Assembly: GCA_028534125.1 (NCBI GenBank)
Contig: CM052816.1
Span: 38,070,001 to 38,134,000 of the forward strand
DNA length: 64,000 nucleotides
From: Lama glama
Lineage: Eukaryota
Direction of reading: 5' to 3'
The notes beneath the pieces were generated by a model, which did not search any database, had not been told where the DNA came from, and worked only from the letters and a program-made list of their open reading frames with translations. The translations under genes were made by a program, and so were the position numbers. Below, piece by piece: positions 37,120 through 51,449 of this stretch; the stretch's first letter is position 1; every line of letters starts with the position of its first letter.

Positions 37120-37330
37120 ATTTACTGATTGCATCAGGAGCTATAGGTACTTAACCTACATTGTCTTGCAGCAACTTCAAAGAGCTGCAACAAGTGGTCT
37201 TCGTTACCCCTACATTGTAAGTAAAACACGGAGATGCAGAGAGCAAAAGTAACAGACTCAAGATTACATAACTAATAAGTAAACGATTAAGTCTGACATT
37301 CAAATTATTGTCTATTTATCTAAAATATCT
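37120..37330 (-). mobile_element. MIR SINE
   Basis: Antisense MIR pattern: CAACTTC...CCCTACATTGTAAGTAAAACAC.GAG...AGAG..AAAGTAAC. Confidence 0.55.
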
Positions 37331-40300
37331 GTCAAGTTGAATTCCTTGTTCAATGCCACAAAATAAAGATATTCTGGTGTTTCTGAGAGAAGCTACCCAC
37401 ATGACTAAAGAAGACATGACAAATTATTTCCTTTCCTGGTACTCTTCCAATATCTAATTTCAACAATATGATGAATACTTCCTGAAATTTTGGTTTTGGG
37501 GTCAAAGTTTAAATTTATTCCACTAAGCAATATTGAAATCCCATCTTAAAACAGCCTACTGAAATATATGCACTTTACACGGAAGTAGTTATTATTAAGA
37601 AAAAATGACATTTAACTAATAGGATAGAAGCAGCCATGCTTCCATCAAGATAAAATGATAATTCAGACACCACATTAATTCATTTTAATTGCCCCATCTG
37701 CTGCATACTAAAAGGGTAAGGTACTCTTACCAGTGGTGGAGGAAACAAATAGAGAAAGGCATATGTAGTCATTTACATGCAAAAAGGATTACACAGCATA
37801 AATCATTTAATCAGTTTATATACATAATTAAGTGAGAAGTTGTGGCCATGGGTATAAGGAATAAAATGAGACTTGACTTTAATACTTAACATGGTATTAG
37901 ATGGCTTTCCATTGAAATGGAAGTATTTCCAAGAGTTGACCAATAGTTTTGTATGGGAATCTTTAAGGAATTTGCACTTGAAGAATGAGATTACATGAAA
38001 AATAAACATAAAATAATTGTTTTCTTTTCTTGAATAATTCAATGTTTTCTCATTGGTATTAATAAAGTATTTAATATAGGAAGAAGAAATCCCTGCTACA
38101 ATACTCAAGTATTGTTATAATTTTATTGTTTTTCTACAATTAAGGGCAATATTTCTCTAATCTTTTCTTGTCACACTTCAAAAATTTCCCTCCTGCTAGG
38201 CACCGTAGACCATACACTTAAGAATAAAATTTTGAGGATTTAAAGATGAAGAGACATTGAATAACTATAAACACTGAACATTCAAATAATTATCATTTTG
38301 AAGTTACACGATGACACTCAGCACACAGCCTAGTGGAGAGCAAGGTGTCATAAGAACAGGTTTTTTTTTCCTTAGAGTTCTGCCAGAAATATATGGGGGT
38401 TCTGCTGTAGTTATTAACAATGGAAATGTTTTCAGTTCTGAGGTACAACTTCAGTTTGGGTAAATGTGGGTGGATTGCAGGAAAACACAGAGCAATAGCC
38501 AAAGAAGCTAGTGGAATAAATCCTAAAATGCATGATGTTATAACTGGATGAAACTTCAGAGATAAACCAATCCTCTCAGCTCAGACATAAGCCTAGAAAG
38601 AAAAAATCATGCACTGTTCCCACCATTATATTAAAAATACTTTCTTCATTGAATAACTTAATAATATTCAGTCATTTCCTATGAATGTAGATCCATCTCA
38701 AAAATTTTTGAGCGAGAAACAATAGAATTTCTGGGTCTAGAATAAAAAACATCTAATACCTAACAGCTATAAAAGTATTCTGTTTGCAGGATAGTTTGAA
38801 AGAATCTGGTGGCTGTGTTTGCTTGCTTTTGTAGTTCTGGTTGCTGAAATTTAAATACAAAATTATTGTCAAATAAGATAAACTACACTGCAATAGTAAA
38901 ATACATGCGAGCTATTTTGTTGTTGTTTTCACTTCAGTATTTGTTTCCTTTGCGTATTTTTCTGGGAAAAAAAGAAGCTGGCAAAAGTATATGTGTTAGA
39001 CGTACTTTACTAAAGTAAAGAGATACACAACAAGCTTAAAAATAGAAAAGATTTAATGTAAAAAAAACCCTCCTGCTTTCATTTAATGATTTTAAATGGG
39101 TGTTATTCCTAAACTGAAATGAAATTAGATTCTGATCATTCTGTTTATCGTTAGATCAAATCATGACAATTCTGTTGTTTCTATTCCACCTATTCAAGGC
39201 CAAAAAAAACAAACTGTGTTTACTTGAATCAGTGAAGATATTTAGGCATCACTGTTTTATTTTTCCTCTGTTATTCCAGCTAGAGAAGATCATTCACTTA
39301 AGAATTACAATGCATTCATGCGTATGATTATACACGTGTTCTCTTTTCCATTAGACTGTATGCCACAGTGACAGAATCTCCCTTCATCTTTTTCTCTTGT
39401 AAATGTGTTTAGAAACTGCAAAAATAGGATAATGGTAAACACATACATTAGTCAAATGACTACATTTGATGGGTGGCTTTTGAAAGAATTACCAAACCTT
39501 CATTTTTTCTTAAAAGGACACAGTCTGGGTCCTGCTCATCTCTGTCTTTTATAGGGCCTAGCACAGCGCCATTGAAAGTAGGTGTCAAGAAATAATTCCA
39601 CAGCACATGGATGAATAAAGAAACTGGATTATCCTTCAAACTCAAACGAGATAAAAATAGACTCATTATTAGCCATTCACTGTCTATTTCCAATTTCCAT
39701 GTTAGTAAATACTATAAAAATTAGAAGCAACACGAAAAAAGTTAATCATTTCTATCATTTGCTTTTAATTTCCTTCCTGGGAAATTTCAGTAATTAGTCT
39801 AACTTCCTAGGTACAAGTTCACACTTGTGTAAAAAAGAAGGGATTTAACTCTTAAATGATGTTCATTTTTCTATCCACCTTTAAAACTTTTTATTTTTTA
39901 ATTTCAGTGATTATCTATACTATATGCATTATAGTTCATGTGTGACTGTATACTAGTCACCTGATTAAAAATATTTTATGCAATTAACAATTTTACTTAA
40001 CAAAATAGGAATAGGTTAAAGAAATGCATCCTACCTTTACCTTTGAGAAACAAATGATAATCTTGAGATAAATGTTTTAAACAAAGATAGGAGTATTACA
40101 TTTAATAGCTGGCACAATTTAGGACTTAGAGGTACAAGTGCCACATGAAATGGAAATTTGTAAATCGTAGAAATAACTGCGTGTCTTTTGCCCCAGGTTT
40201 TGTTTGGAAAATATTATAATAAAAATGTTTCACTATCCTGACCTTCCATTACTAAGACCTGGTTCTATTTCCTCTTTAGTCTCAGCGAATGGGACATAAA

Positions 40301-41478
40301 TCACTCTCTCTGGCATTTTGCATGGTCTGCCATGCAGGCAGCCAACTTTTACAGATGCCCTTCCTGGCTTCAAAAAGCAGAAGCCCGCAGGTAGCAGAAA
40401 ATGCCAGGTTTCTTCTCACGCCTGAGAAGGTTCTGTTTGCTGTAGAAGAAACCTGTGCACTGTGATAAATGCCACTGTGCCGAGTCAGCATGGTGGACAG
40501 TTTAACTCCATGACCTTCTGCAGGTAGACAGCCTCCCCCGTAGATTGTCTTTGACACAACCTATAACGTAGAATGTCAACACCAGTCTAGCAAGTGGGAT
40601 CTGTATTTATTTTCTGTGAAGCAACGGCTGTGCTGTGTGCAGCTCAGGTGCCTCACATTCTCCGAGATTACGTCTTATACTTTATCCCTTTTTTGTCAGT
40701 TATGCATGCACAAAAACTTCAGTGATGAGTTTTCACTGGCTTAACTTTATTCTGTCAGTTTACATCTCAAGTGGGTCAAGGCCTAGGGCTCATTTTCCAG
40801 AATCTGTTTATGAAAGAAGATAACTAAGTGTTGTCATTATATTTCCTATCTTCCTAGCCAATGGAACAGCTCTTGATTCCGTTATTGTGACTGTTACTCA
40901 GTTAGAATAACTTAATCCTATCTGGCCCATTCATCAGACCTGCGGAAAGAAAGAGGAGAAATCACCCTGCGGGAAGCTGATGGGTAAACGCTAGCCTCTG
41001 TAAATAAGAATCTATCTTAGTTTTTCCCTATGAAACAAATCTACCAATCTTTGAAGCACGTTTTTTTCTTTTCATTTATTTTGCTTGGCTTTCTTCTCTT
41101 TGAAATGTTTGGAACATTTTTTTCCTCTTAAAATCAGAGGAAGTTCTATTCATTTCAGAAAGTTTCAGTATGCAAGGTATTAAAGTACTAAACACTAGTC
41201 CCTTTTTATCACTGACTTATATAAGATTGTGAATTTATATATAAAATTCTAATATTAAAAAATAAACTCAGGAAATTCAAGTTGAAAATTCACTTAATTT
41301 GTATGTATTGTAGGATGACCACACAAGACGCCAGTACAGAACCACACACGTTACATTTTCTTGTCTTACTTTTCTCCTTTCTTTCCTTTTAGTTACTATA
41401 CATCTTTACTGTCATCTATAAAATATGGTATTGTCTGCACAACAGAAGAGATACTGGCTCTCTGTCTTATGCTGTCAG

Positions 41479-41709
41479 TAGGGATTGGCAAACAACATTC
41501 TGTGGTCCAAATTCAACACGCCACTAATTTTGGTAAAGAAAGTGTCATAGGAATAGAGTCAGGCTCATTTATTTACACAATGCTATTGATTGCTTTAATT
41601 CTGCAGATTCTTCTCATTTGTTGAGTAAATCCAAGAGAGACAGAATGACCCACAAAGCCTAAAAATATTTATTATCTGGTCCTTCACAGGAAAAGTTTGC
41701 CCATCTCTT
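41479..41709. mobile_element. MER58A hAT-Charlie MITE
   Basis: TIRs TAGGGATTGGCAAAC / GTTTGCCCATCTCTT; CCCACAAAGCCTAAAAATATTTATTATCTGGTCCTTCACAGGAAAAGTTTGC. Confidence 0.88.
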
Positions 41710-42111
41710 ATCTAAGGTTCTGTTCGTAATCACAAAGTAGCTAATTATCCTTGGTGAGCCACCTACTCTTTCTTGCCCTTTAAAAAATGAAAAGGTTGAA
41801 TTAGCTAGCTTCCCCAAGGTGATGGGACTCATTAAAGTTTGCACAATTGGCAAGTCTTGTAGTCCAGACCAAATCCAGTTTCCTTGCTTTGTGCTTCTTG
41901 GTTCTCTCCAGCATGCCATGCATTGATTTATATGTTACAATCAACTTTGCATATTTAAGTTAATTAGTTTAATTTAAGTCATAGTTATTATCTAGGTATT
42001 TGAGATACTTGGGAGAAATATAATTAAGCTGAATCATGCAGGATAAATAAGAACTAAGTAAGAAATGATAATGAGGAGAAAGGAACATGAGCAAGGCTTT
42101 TGCCAGAAATA

Positions 42112-42290
42112 ACGTTTTCATCAGTTCTATAGTGTCTTAGATTTTAAGATGTACCACAGTTTTATAAAACATTAAGAAAGATAAAATGTCATAATTTAAT
42201 TGTGATATGCCCTTATTGTAAAATGTATGCTGATATCAGAATGTGAAAAAATGTACACCTGGAAAAATAACATTATTGATGAAATATAGC
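42112..42290. mobile_element. MER104-like TcMar-Tc2 MITE
   Basis: Degenerate TIRs CGTTTTCATC / GATGAAATATAG; internal AAGATGTACCAC...AATGTGAAAAAATGT. Confidence 0.55.
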
Positions 42291-43009
42291 ATTATGGTCC
42301 ATTTGGAGAAAGCCAATGTGGTTACAGAATAAAATGAAAAAAAAAAAGATCCTTAATATGGGAAGAGACAGAGGGGCCCATTCTCTACAAAATTCGCAAT
42401 AGTTTAGATTACATCAGAAGGACCTATGAGAATAGAAACAGAAGAATTGGCTTTAGGTAAGAAAACATATTCTTTCTCAACCCTAAAAGGAATGTTGGAA
42501 GAGAAGATACATGTAGATGTTGACATGAATTGAGGGTCGGAGCAACGATGGGGAAGGAAATTGCTGCCTTATAGCGCCTGTTTTCTCTGATGTATGGCGT
42601 TATAGAACAACGAAAAATTTTAGGAAAATGGAGAAGATTTAGAATTCTTGTGGCACAAAGTAGGGGCTCAAGATAGTTAAGATACTTTATTAGGATATCT
42701 GAAGTCAGGGTGTAGAGGTAAATTTGGTAATCTGGGAATCCCATGTAGTCTAGATTGCTGTGTTAAGTACATGGTATATACAAAATGTAAACAACTAGAA
42801 TATAAGTAGTCTCAATGCTTCTTATAGCTAAGGATTTTAAATGTGACACTTTCTATCATCTTAAGGGCAGAGGACTAATTTGTTGCCAAAGAAGTACCTA
42901 ATTCTAGAGACAAACCCTAAAGACTTTGGAAAAAGTGATAAAAATTTTATCTCAGTAAGATTAGTCCATCTAATACCACTGAAGATACCCAAATAAACTT
43001 AAAAAATTA

Positions 43010-43090
43010 AATGAAAGAAAGAAGGAAGGAAGGAAAGTAGGAAGGAAGGAAAAAGAGAATAGAAGGGAAACAGAAGGAAAGGAAAAAAAA
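43010..43090. repeat. (GGAA)n-like purine-rich simple repeat
   Basis: Seen directly. Confidence 0.85.
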
Positions 43091-43239
43091 GACTTCATTG
43101 GAAAAGACAGAGATTGAAGATAGTGCACTCCTCTAAGGAAGTGATCAGTGTCTTGTGCATCTCCCTCAGGGGCGTCACTGTCTCTTCTTAAAATCAGTTA
43201 AGCTGTTTGAAGTTAGCTTTTGGAAGTTTTCCATGTACT

Positions 43240-43441
43240 TTTGTGCTTATGGTAAACCAGCCCTCTGGAAGATAAATAAATAAATAGGCCCTGATATGTA
43301 GTGCTTGCTAATATTAGTGACATAAATATACCCACCATAAAAAATTTCAGGAGACCAACAGTTCAACAATAGGCTTACAAAATTCCTAAATAGTTTACCA
43401 CCTTCTCAGATCCAGTATGAGCTGATTCCAACATACTGCTG
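43240..43441 (-). mobile_element. MER63A-like hAT-Blackjack element
   Basis: GGTAAACCAGCCCTCT...CCCTGATATGTAGTGCTTGC...AAATATACCCACCAT...CAGTATGAGCTGATTCCAACATACTGCTG. Confidence 0.75.
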
Positions 43442-44279
43442 CATGTGTCCAGAGGACTTTGAAAAATGAAGGACATTGCCTGGTGGTTTATATAATACAT
43501 GAGAATGACTGAGAAAACCCAAGGAGTTGCCTGAGACATCGGCGAGCCTAGAAGAACACACCAAGAGCACTAGCTCAGTTTGCATCCCACTGAGTCCAAC
43601 TTGTTTACTAAACTCATTTACTAAAACAGCAGTTACACTTATTTTATATAATCAAATTAATTTTGCCATTCATGTGACCCATCACAGCCACCAGAAAATA
43701 AAATCTCAGTCTTACTATGTAGTTGGTTGTACTACATAAGAGACAGTTTAACGAGGGTGGTTTTTTAGATTAGTTGAGCAAAGAACAGAAACTGAGATCA
43801 ACGTACAAGGACGTGAGTTCTGGATAAGAAGTGAATCATTTCCAAAAGTTCACATACATCTGGAGCACCGCAACAAATCTATCACTTTCTCCATTGCTAT
43901 ATTTCATGTAACCATGTTAACTCATCATTACTGCCTAGTGCATTACTGAATAAAATATACCCTAGAGTATAAGGTGGAGAAGGCAGCTTTTGTGAACTGA
44001 TATCATACCTTGGCATTGAAGCTTGAGGACCCTATTGCTGTGTTTGTACTTTCTTGCCCCTAGAGAGGCAGGCATTAGGATTAGGATAGGTGAAGAGATT
44101 TTTCTGGTATATTTGATCTTCACCATTTCTCTTGATTTTCACACTATTATCAATGTTGTCATCTAAGAACAGATTTCTTCATTTCTTAGGGACATATCAG
44201 AAATGAAACATATAATGAAATTTCTTTTAAGATACTACTTTAAAGATAATGCAATTAAGACATTAGCATCACTGTGTCT

Positions 44280-44690
44280 TAGAAGCTGAGAGTCTAGGGT
44301 ATAGGAGTATTTGGAGTACCTACCCTGGTTCAAAATAGACCCATGAGTTGATAGCCTTATTTATTCAGCAATTCTCTGTATTCCTCACAATAATTAGTTA
44401 AACCTAAGTCAACTAGTTGGTTTCTTCTCTGAAATTTGGAATTGCAAGACCATTGATTAGTTTCCCAGTGTTGTTACATCTATAATACATGAAATGAGAA
44501 GTGACTGCCCAACTTCTGTGCATCTATGTACGCTGAGCAGTGGAGAAACCTAAACCAATAAGAAAAAATCTAATAGGAAGAAAAAGGAGACATAATATGG
44601 GGAGATAATACTCCAGGTTCTCATTCTCTGTGAAGCTGGCTCCCAAGTCTGCTCTTAGCTTTTGTCAAATACCTCTTGAACCATGTATAA
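44280..44690 (+). mobile_element. Very old MaLR-like LTR fragment
   Basis: Weak resemblance (ACCTAAGTCAACT...TTCTCTGAAATTTGGAATTG...). Confidence 0.35.
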
Positions 44691-47600
44691 ATATGATATG
44701 TAATTAAAAGGACATATACCTGAAGTATTTTGAATTTAATATTCTAAAGCCTTACCACTTTATGATAAAGGAGGGGAAATTCCTACATGAATATGAAAAA
44801 TTCCAGGTCTATCTTAAATCAATATTTATTTCATAATTCATGAACCTATTTGATTCATTAATTAAATTTTAAAGATCTATACTCAAAGAATATTCAGAAA
44901 TGGTCTTAAGGGCCTCTCCTGCCTAATAAATTGTTACTATTTACATCAGAATTACAAAACTAATCATTAGAGTCACTCTTCCAATATGGTACCCTGAACT
45001 CAGAACAATTCTCAAGTAAGTTTTGAATGATACAAAATGCATAAAATTTAACAAATTCCCTAATATACTGCACTCTGTTGATTCTAAAATCCTCTTCTTG
45101 TTTAAATGTAAACCCAAGGGGGCTCTTTCAAGAAAGCATCAATAGAAAAATTGAATTTTGGATTAAAAAAAGAAGGTTTCTAGGAAATTTAAGAAGCGAA
45201 GGAGGGAGGTGGTGATATTATTGGGAAAGTAAAGGAAGTAAAATTATTTCTTTCCATGAAATTCTCTTCTCTCCCATTTGTAAGAGGCTATGACTTGGAG
45301 GGCCAACTACATCAGAGTGGACATATGGAAAAAAGAATCCTGATGAGTAGTTTAGTCTTTACTGAAACTTATGTCATACACTACAGTGGAAAAGAACTTC
45401 TCAAAGAATGCATATGAGGATTTGAGAGCAGATGACTTAACCAGCATTCTTTTAACAATTATTTATGGAGGTCATATTCTAGAGTGCATAGATGAAAAAT
45501 ACTTTATTAATGGTAAATGCCATAAATAAATAGAAAATGGCAAGTTGTTTGCCCTTTTTTTTTTTTTTAGGGTAGATGGGACTAGGACTGGGTTCAGATA
45601 TTTGTTAGAAAATATCCTCTCATGTGGTGTCTCATCTTCAAGTTAACACATAAAAGAGGTGAAAGAGATTCTCATGGAGAAAGCCAAGATTTGAATAATG
45701 ATGTATTAGACAGAAGAGTGAACTGTGAGGGAGAATAGAAAAGGTGTATTTAGAATGGAGTTGCTATAATCAATGATTTTGGAGGTGTGTAAAACATCTC
45801 TGAGAGACTCAGCGATGGCATGAGTTGCACTGTAATTTTTTTCTGTTAGATTTGAATCATGTTTCTTTTCAACATGGAGTCATATTTGAACCGACCACAA
45901 CTTGGCCCAGCTTTATTTGGCTGAGTACTAAGTGTTTCAAAAAAAAATTTGGCAGATATATCACAGACTTCTGCACATCTGCTGTAATCCATAATCACCT
46001 GTCTTTTACCTGTTTGATTTGTTTTGATTTGCTTGGTTGTTAGAGCATAGGGTTTTACACTCATCTCAATTAAAATCCATCTTCAGAGACAAAAAGCATA
46101 TAACTTCAGCTGATCAAATTCCTTTGATTCTGGTCCCATCATCCAAATTATTATCAACTAAAATTCATTTTTTTATCCTGTGCAAATTCAATGATATGAA
46201 ATCTACCTTTTTCTCCCTAAACAATTAAGGCAATTTTGAATAGATCAAATTATATACATAGCCAGAAGGTAAGTTTCCCTCAAAACTCACCTTTAGAGTG
46301 AAATGAAACTAATTATCAGATCACTAGTAAACTACTTCAAATTATTATGAATGTCATTCAACTCATTTTTGCACCTTAATCACAAGAGGATTATGGAAAC
46401 CTTTTCCAAATGAGTTATTAAATTTTGAATATGTTTTTGATGAAGAAAGCCTGAAAAATCTATTCATACTGAATCCATGATGGCTCCCACTGAACAGTGA
46501 TTCTTTTTGTTTTAAATGTTCCAAAATTAACACATCTCCAAATACTTTCTAGCATCTGGGCCAAGAAAACGGTCTACATTTAAATAAATAGACAGTGTAT
46601 CAGTTTTTTCCTCTCCTGAATTTATTTATCTTCCTTACTTTTCCAGGACTTAGTAAATTTGACTGGGTGATTTATCAGCTTCCTCTAAGACTGCATCATA
46701 AAAACAAGATGGGATTTATCTAATATTTATTTGAAGCAGTTAAAAGCTAACTTAAAAACTTGCTCACTTGTCTTAGGCAGCATTTCCATATTCCCCTCAC
46801 TAGTTTTACCTGTTTTAGTCTGAAAATCACATTGACAGGAAATAGAAGGAAATATAAAATGGATCTGACAAAAAATGAAAGGTTTAACAGTAACATATAT
46901 AAATAGAGTAGATCATTACTGATAAGAGAGTATAAACTGAGGTCACACAGATTTCAAGATTGTTCTAAAAGGACTGCTATATTTATTTATACTATACTGT
47001 TCTATCCGCACCGCACCATAATGCCCTGTGGGGAGCCAAGTGAGAGTGACCCACCACGCTGTGAACAGCAGTGCGTCTCAGTGCATGAAGAAGCACCTAA
47101 CAAAATGTCTGAGCAGAGAGGTTCCCTATCTTGCTGGAAGAACAGAATTTATGAAGTTATTGTTTTATTTACATTCTGGGGAATAACAGTCATTTAAAGA
47201 GCTAACTTGTATGTATCATGTGCTGAAAAACACTTTATGATTGCTATCTAGGTATCTAAGATAGCCATGACTATCTACTATGCAGAACAAACATAATCCT
47301 GAACATACCGGTTAATGATCTCTTATGGAATTCATCATTTGATGCATCCAATAATTATTTGAATAATGAAAATTTGTATTTTGAATGTTCTTCAACTGAG
47401 CACAAGCATTTTAAAATATCCATCTTTCTGTTGGAAAACCACTTGTACATAAAGTAAAACATGTGTTTCCCCCAGAGCTGTCCTTGCCCCAGGCTTCCCA
47501 CATAATTGCTGTCCTCTTTCCAACCATGCATCCCTGCGCTTGCAGTTCAACAGATAACACAGGTTGGGGGGACAAGTAAAGTGGAGATGAAAAAACTGGG

Positions 47601-50600
47601 CCCGCTAGTGCTACTTAAAACTCCACAGTCATGTGAAGATCAAAGTTCCAAACTGTCTTAGCCTACATTTGATCTTTAAATAGGCACACTTAGGTTGTTT
47701 CCTCATGGGGCTAGAAGATTGACTGTTTTGACTAACTTGGTGATATTTTGTACCAATTTTTTTTAAACTTAGTTGACTCTCCACTGGGTAGATGAGGTTG
47801 CCTAAAATCACTGTTTTTATTTTTTAATGCTCCATAGACATTGCCAGAAAACATCAAAGTTTCATGTTTTGCAACCCTTTTATTTCTTTTTATTGTTTTT
47901 GTGATCATTTTTTAAAAGGCAGGATTTATTTACAATTACTGTAAAGCTTCCATTCCAATAAACTGATTTTTTTAAACTGCTGATTTTTACTTTCCTCAGT
48001 AAAGAAAAATAAATATTTAATTCCTTTTGAACTTTTCACTTTGTGATAAATAAAGGTTAAATATTTTTCAAAAGATTTCTACTTAACAAAATACTTTTAG
48101 GTATAGACTTCTGCAGGTAAATGAAAAGGGAAAATATTAGTCAAGGTACTTTTTCCAAAAAGTTCTTGAATGGAAACATTGTTAGCTTCCTTCTCATCCC
48201 ATCATGAAAAAGATCAAAGGATTTCTGGAGCTAAGAATAATGCAACTCACATTTAAGATAACTACTGGTCAGAGGGAGCTTGAAATCTGTCTCTCTAGCC
48301 TGGAACATGCTTTATTGTGCATGTACCAAGGACAGTGATCCGCTTTCATCATCCTGGCAGGAAAATCACAGAGAAGAGATTAAAGTGTGACTATTAAAAA
48401 AATATTTCTGCTTTTAACAGCATATTTTATATATTTTTATGTAGTCATTTACAAACATATGAAGTTTGAGTAATGTGGTAATTTAATCCTCAAAGGAGAT
48501 AAACACACAAACCTACATCTTTTACAAAGTTCTTTATACCCATAAGTAACCTCATATTCCTTTCCCAAAGGGAATTTCATCATTAATCTGATGTCATTTT
48601 AAAACTAAACTTTTTTTATCATATTAAACATTGATTATACATAATTCAGAAATTACTGATTCATAAAAAGAGGTAAAAATAACTCATAAAATTCGAATTT
48701 CACCATCCAGAAACATTAACACTATGGTATAGTTTTTGAGTTCTTTCTCATCATTATATATAATGTATACTTTCTTTTTAAAGAAAATTGCTCTTTTTAA
48801 CTTACAATTATATATAAAATCTATCATGAATATTCTTTGCTGTCATCGGATATTATCTTATGATTTTAATTGCAGAATTTTAGTGTACTTTATAAAGAAT
48901 TTTAGTGTACCATTTAACTTTATTTAAACTTTTGAATAGAATTTTTTATCTATGAATTAAATCTGCAAGGTGATGTTACAGGGACTTGATTTTTAAAAAA
49001 AGTAAAGCAGTTCTGTTTTAATAAATACTGTTGTTTCTAACTTTTTCATGAACATATTATAGTGATTGATTTCACAAATATTTTAAAAAGGGACCCAATT
49101 TTATAAGGACTTAGGAAATTTACTTTTCAGTATAAATATATAATCTTTTTTTGCTATAATGTGGTAAAGAGCTTAGAGATAAAAAAGCAAAAGTTTTGTA
49201 AATGAAAAATAGCACTTCAAATGAATGTGCTGTTTTGAAGTGCTATTTATGTGCAAAATGAAAAAATGTACTTCAAAAATCCAGAAGAAAAGTAAACAAA
49301 TTCAGCCTGTTTTTATTTACTGCAGCCATAGGAACTGAATCTGATATCCTCTCTGAAGCATATACATCTGCTTTAAATAACTTTTCTTGATTATAACACC
49401 ATCTGATATCCTGAGAAACTCAAACTCTTCCATTCAAAGTTATTACATCTTTCATCCAAGAATCTCAAAGTTCAATGAAAGCACTCTCTTGCTTTTTCCC
49501 ATGGGTTCTTCTAATCCTTCTGTGCAAGTTAGGAGAACTGACAGCAATTAGGACTTCACTGATACTTTCTCCAGTCCTAGAAGTACAGGCTCACCTGTTT
49601 GTCTCTTCTAGTTATTCCTGCATTGTCTTCTTCAACAGCTCCTTAGGAACTTAGCCACACAAGCAGACTCTGATTCATTTCTCTCTCTCTCTCTGTTTCT
49701 GTCTCTTTGTTCTTTCCATGTCTCTCCTCTCTGTTTCATTTGGGTCACAGGTGAAAATATCTTCTTAGTGTTTCTGCCCATCCATCTTTTAAGTTCAACT
49801 TATTTCAGACCTATGTAACACTCAGACTAGATGTCTTTGTCAACACTCAACTTCCCTGGTTATCTAAGTCCACACTCCTTCTATTGCCTTAAACACACAC
49901 AAACACACCCATACACAAATAGAAAGAATGCCTCTACCAAGTTTCCTTTTTTATGACTAATTTTACTATTTATAACTTTTTGCTATAAACTCTAGCATAC
50001 AAGTATTTTCTATATTCTTAGGTTTATTAATCTTATTAATTATTTTAAATAATTAATTAATTTGGCCTGCATATGTTTGACTTTGACCTCTGTTCCTAAT
50101 TTCAAACGGCTGGAATCAAGAGATTAAATTTCTCATTTTTTGCATACAGAAACTAAAGGATAAAAACTTTTAAAAATATACTAAAATTTTTGTTTTCTTG
50201 TCACTGTTATTTTACCCTGCATAAGTACAACTATGGACACTGAGTATTAATTTTACCATGATTCTGAATTCTTGTAATATAAAGAATTCTCATAGGAAAA
50301 TATATTATCATCTAAGTAGGCAAATATCAAAGAATATTTTATATTTTCCACAAGGATAGAAACAAAAGGCTATTGGTTTTTCAACGGCTATCTTTTGATC
50401 ATATCTCTGTTCCTTCCAGCGACCACCACAGACTTCTGCAAGGGCAGGCAGTCAGGGAGGCTCTCTATCTCTGGGTTAGAGATAGGATCACTGCAAAACA
50501 AAGATAGGAAAGAAGAGGCAGATTTGTAAGATAGACAGGGGAGTCAGTTCCTTCTGCTTCATGTCAGATCCAGACCTTGGTTATTTGATCACAGTGCAAC

Positions 50601-50619
50601 TTACCTAGATCACTCATCA

Positions 50620-50870
50620 TATAATACAGAGGCTGCTGTAGGGATCTGGAATGTGGGCTCTAGAGTCAAACTGGGCTAGATGGACTTGCTGACCCTCACT
50701 AGCTTCACAAACCTATCCACATCATTAAACCTCTCTGTGCTTCAGTTTCCAATATGCTCTGCAGAACTGAAATAATAACAGTACTTCTCATTGCTCTAAG
50801 AAGTAAAAAAAAAAAAAATCTGTGAAACATGCCCACCAAAAAAAGTACTCAGAGTGAACGTCAGTATTAT
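50620..50870 (+). mobile_element. MIR SINE
   Basis: GTGGGCTCTAGAGTCAAACTG...TTAAACCTCTCTGTGCTTCAGTTTCC...ATAATAACAGTACTTC. Confidence 0.75.
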
Positions 50871-51269
50871 TTCTCAATTCCAAGCAGAGAATGTTTCTCT
50901 TAGGCATCTGAATACATACTAGAATATGTACCAACTACTAGAATGGAGATGATTTTTATTCACTTCCTTGCCTTAACTGCCTCTTTAGTGATCTAAATGT
51001 CATCCTTTTGTTTTATTTCGTTTTTCAGTTGTAAAACTGAAACTTTGTCAAAACTTTTATATTTACAGGACTTCAAATAATAATGTTATTCAACAGTATT
51101 TTGCTAACTGCTCATCTTGCTCAATTTGAAACTGTGTTTCCAAATGTCAGCAAACCTTACACCTTTTTTTTCCCCAGTAAGCTCTAATTTAACTGTCAAC
51201 ATGGTCATACACAACAACATAAATTCGACTTTTAATCTTTTCCTGTTGTAGTAGGACCTGTATTTAGAG

Positions 51270-51449
51270 TTATGGTTACCATCTCGCACCATGTATCAGA
51301 ATCACTTAGGGAGATTATAAAAACACCTCTGCCCTGACCTATTCCCAGACCAAAGAAATCAGAATTTACAGGGGTAGAGTCTGGAAATTGTTACTTGTTT
51401 TTATCTCCAAAGCTAATTCAAATGTGCTGCCAGAATTGACAACTGCTGA
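51270..51449. mobile_element. MER5A/B hAT-Charlie element
   Basis: ATCAGAATCACTTAGGGAG...CCCAGACC..GAAATCAGAAT...GCCAGAATTGACAACTGCTG. Confidence 0.75.

Noticed and set aside
48874..48910. Tandem duplication of AGAATTTTAGTGTAC (period 22)
   Set aside because: Ordinary slippage duplication in AT-rich DNA.
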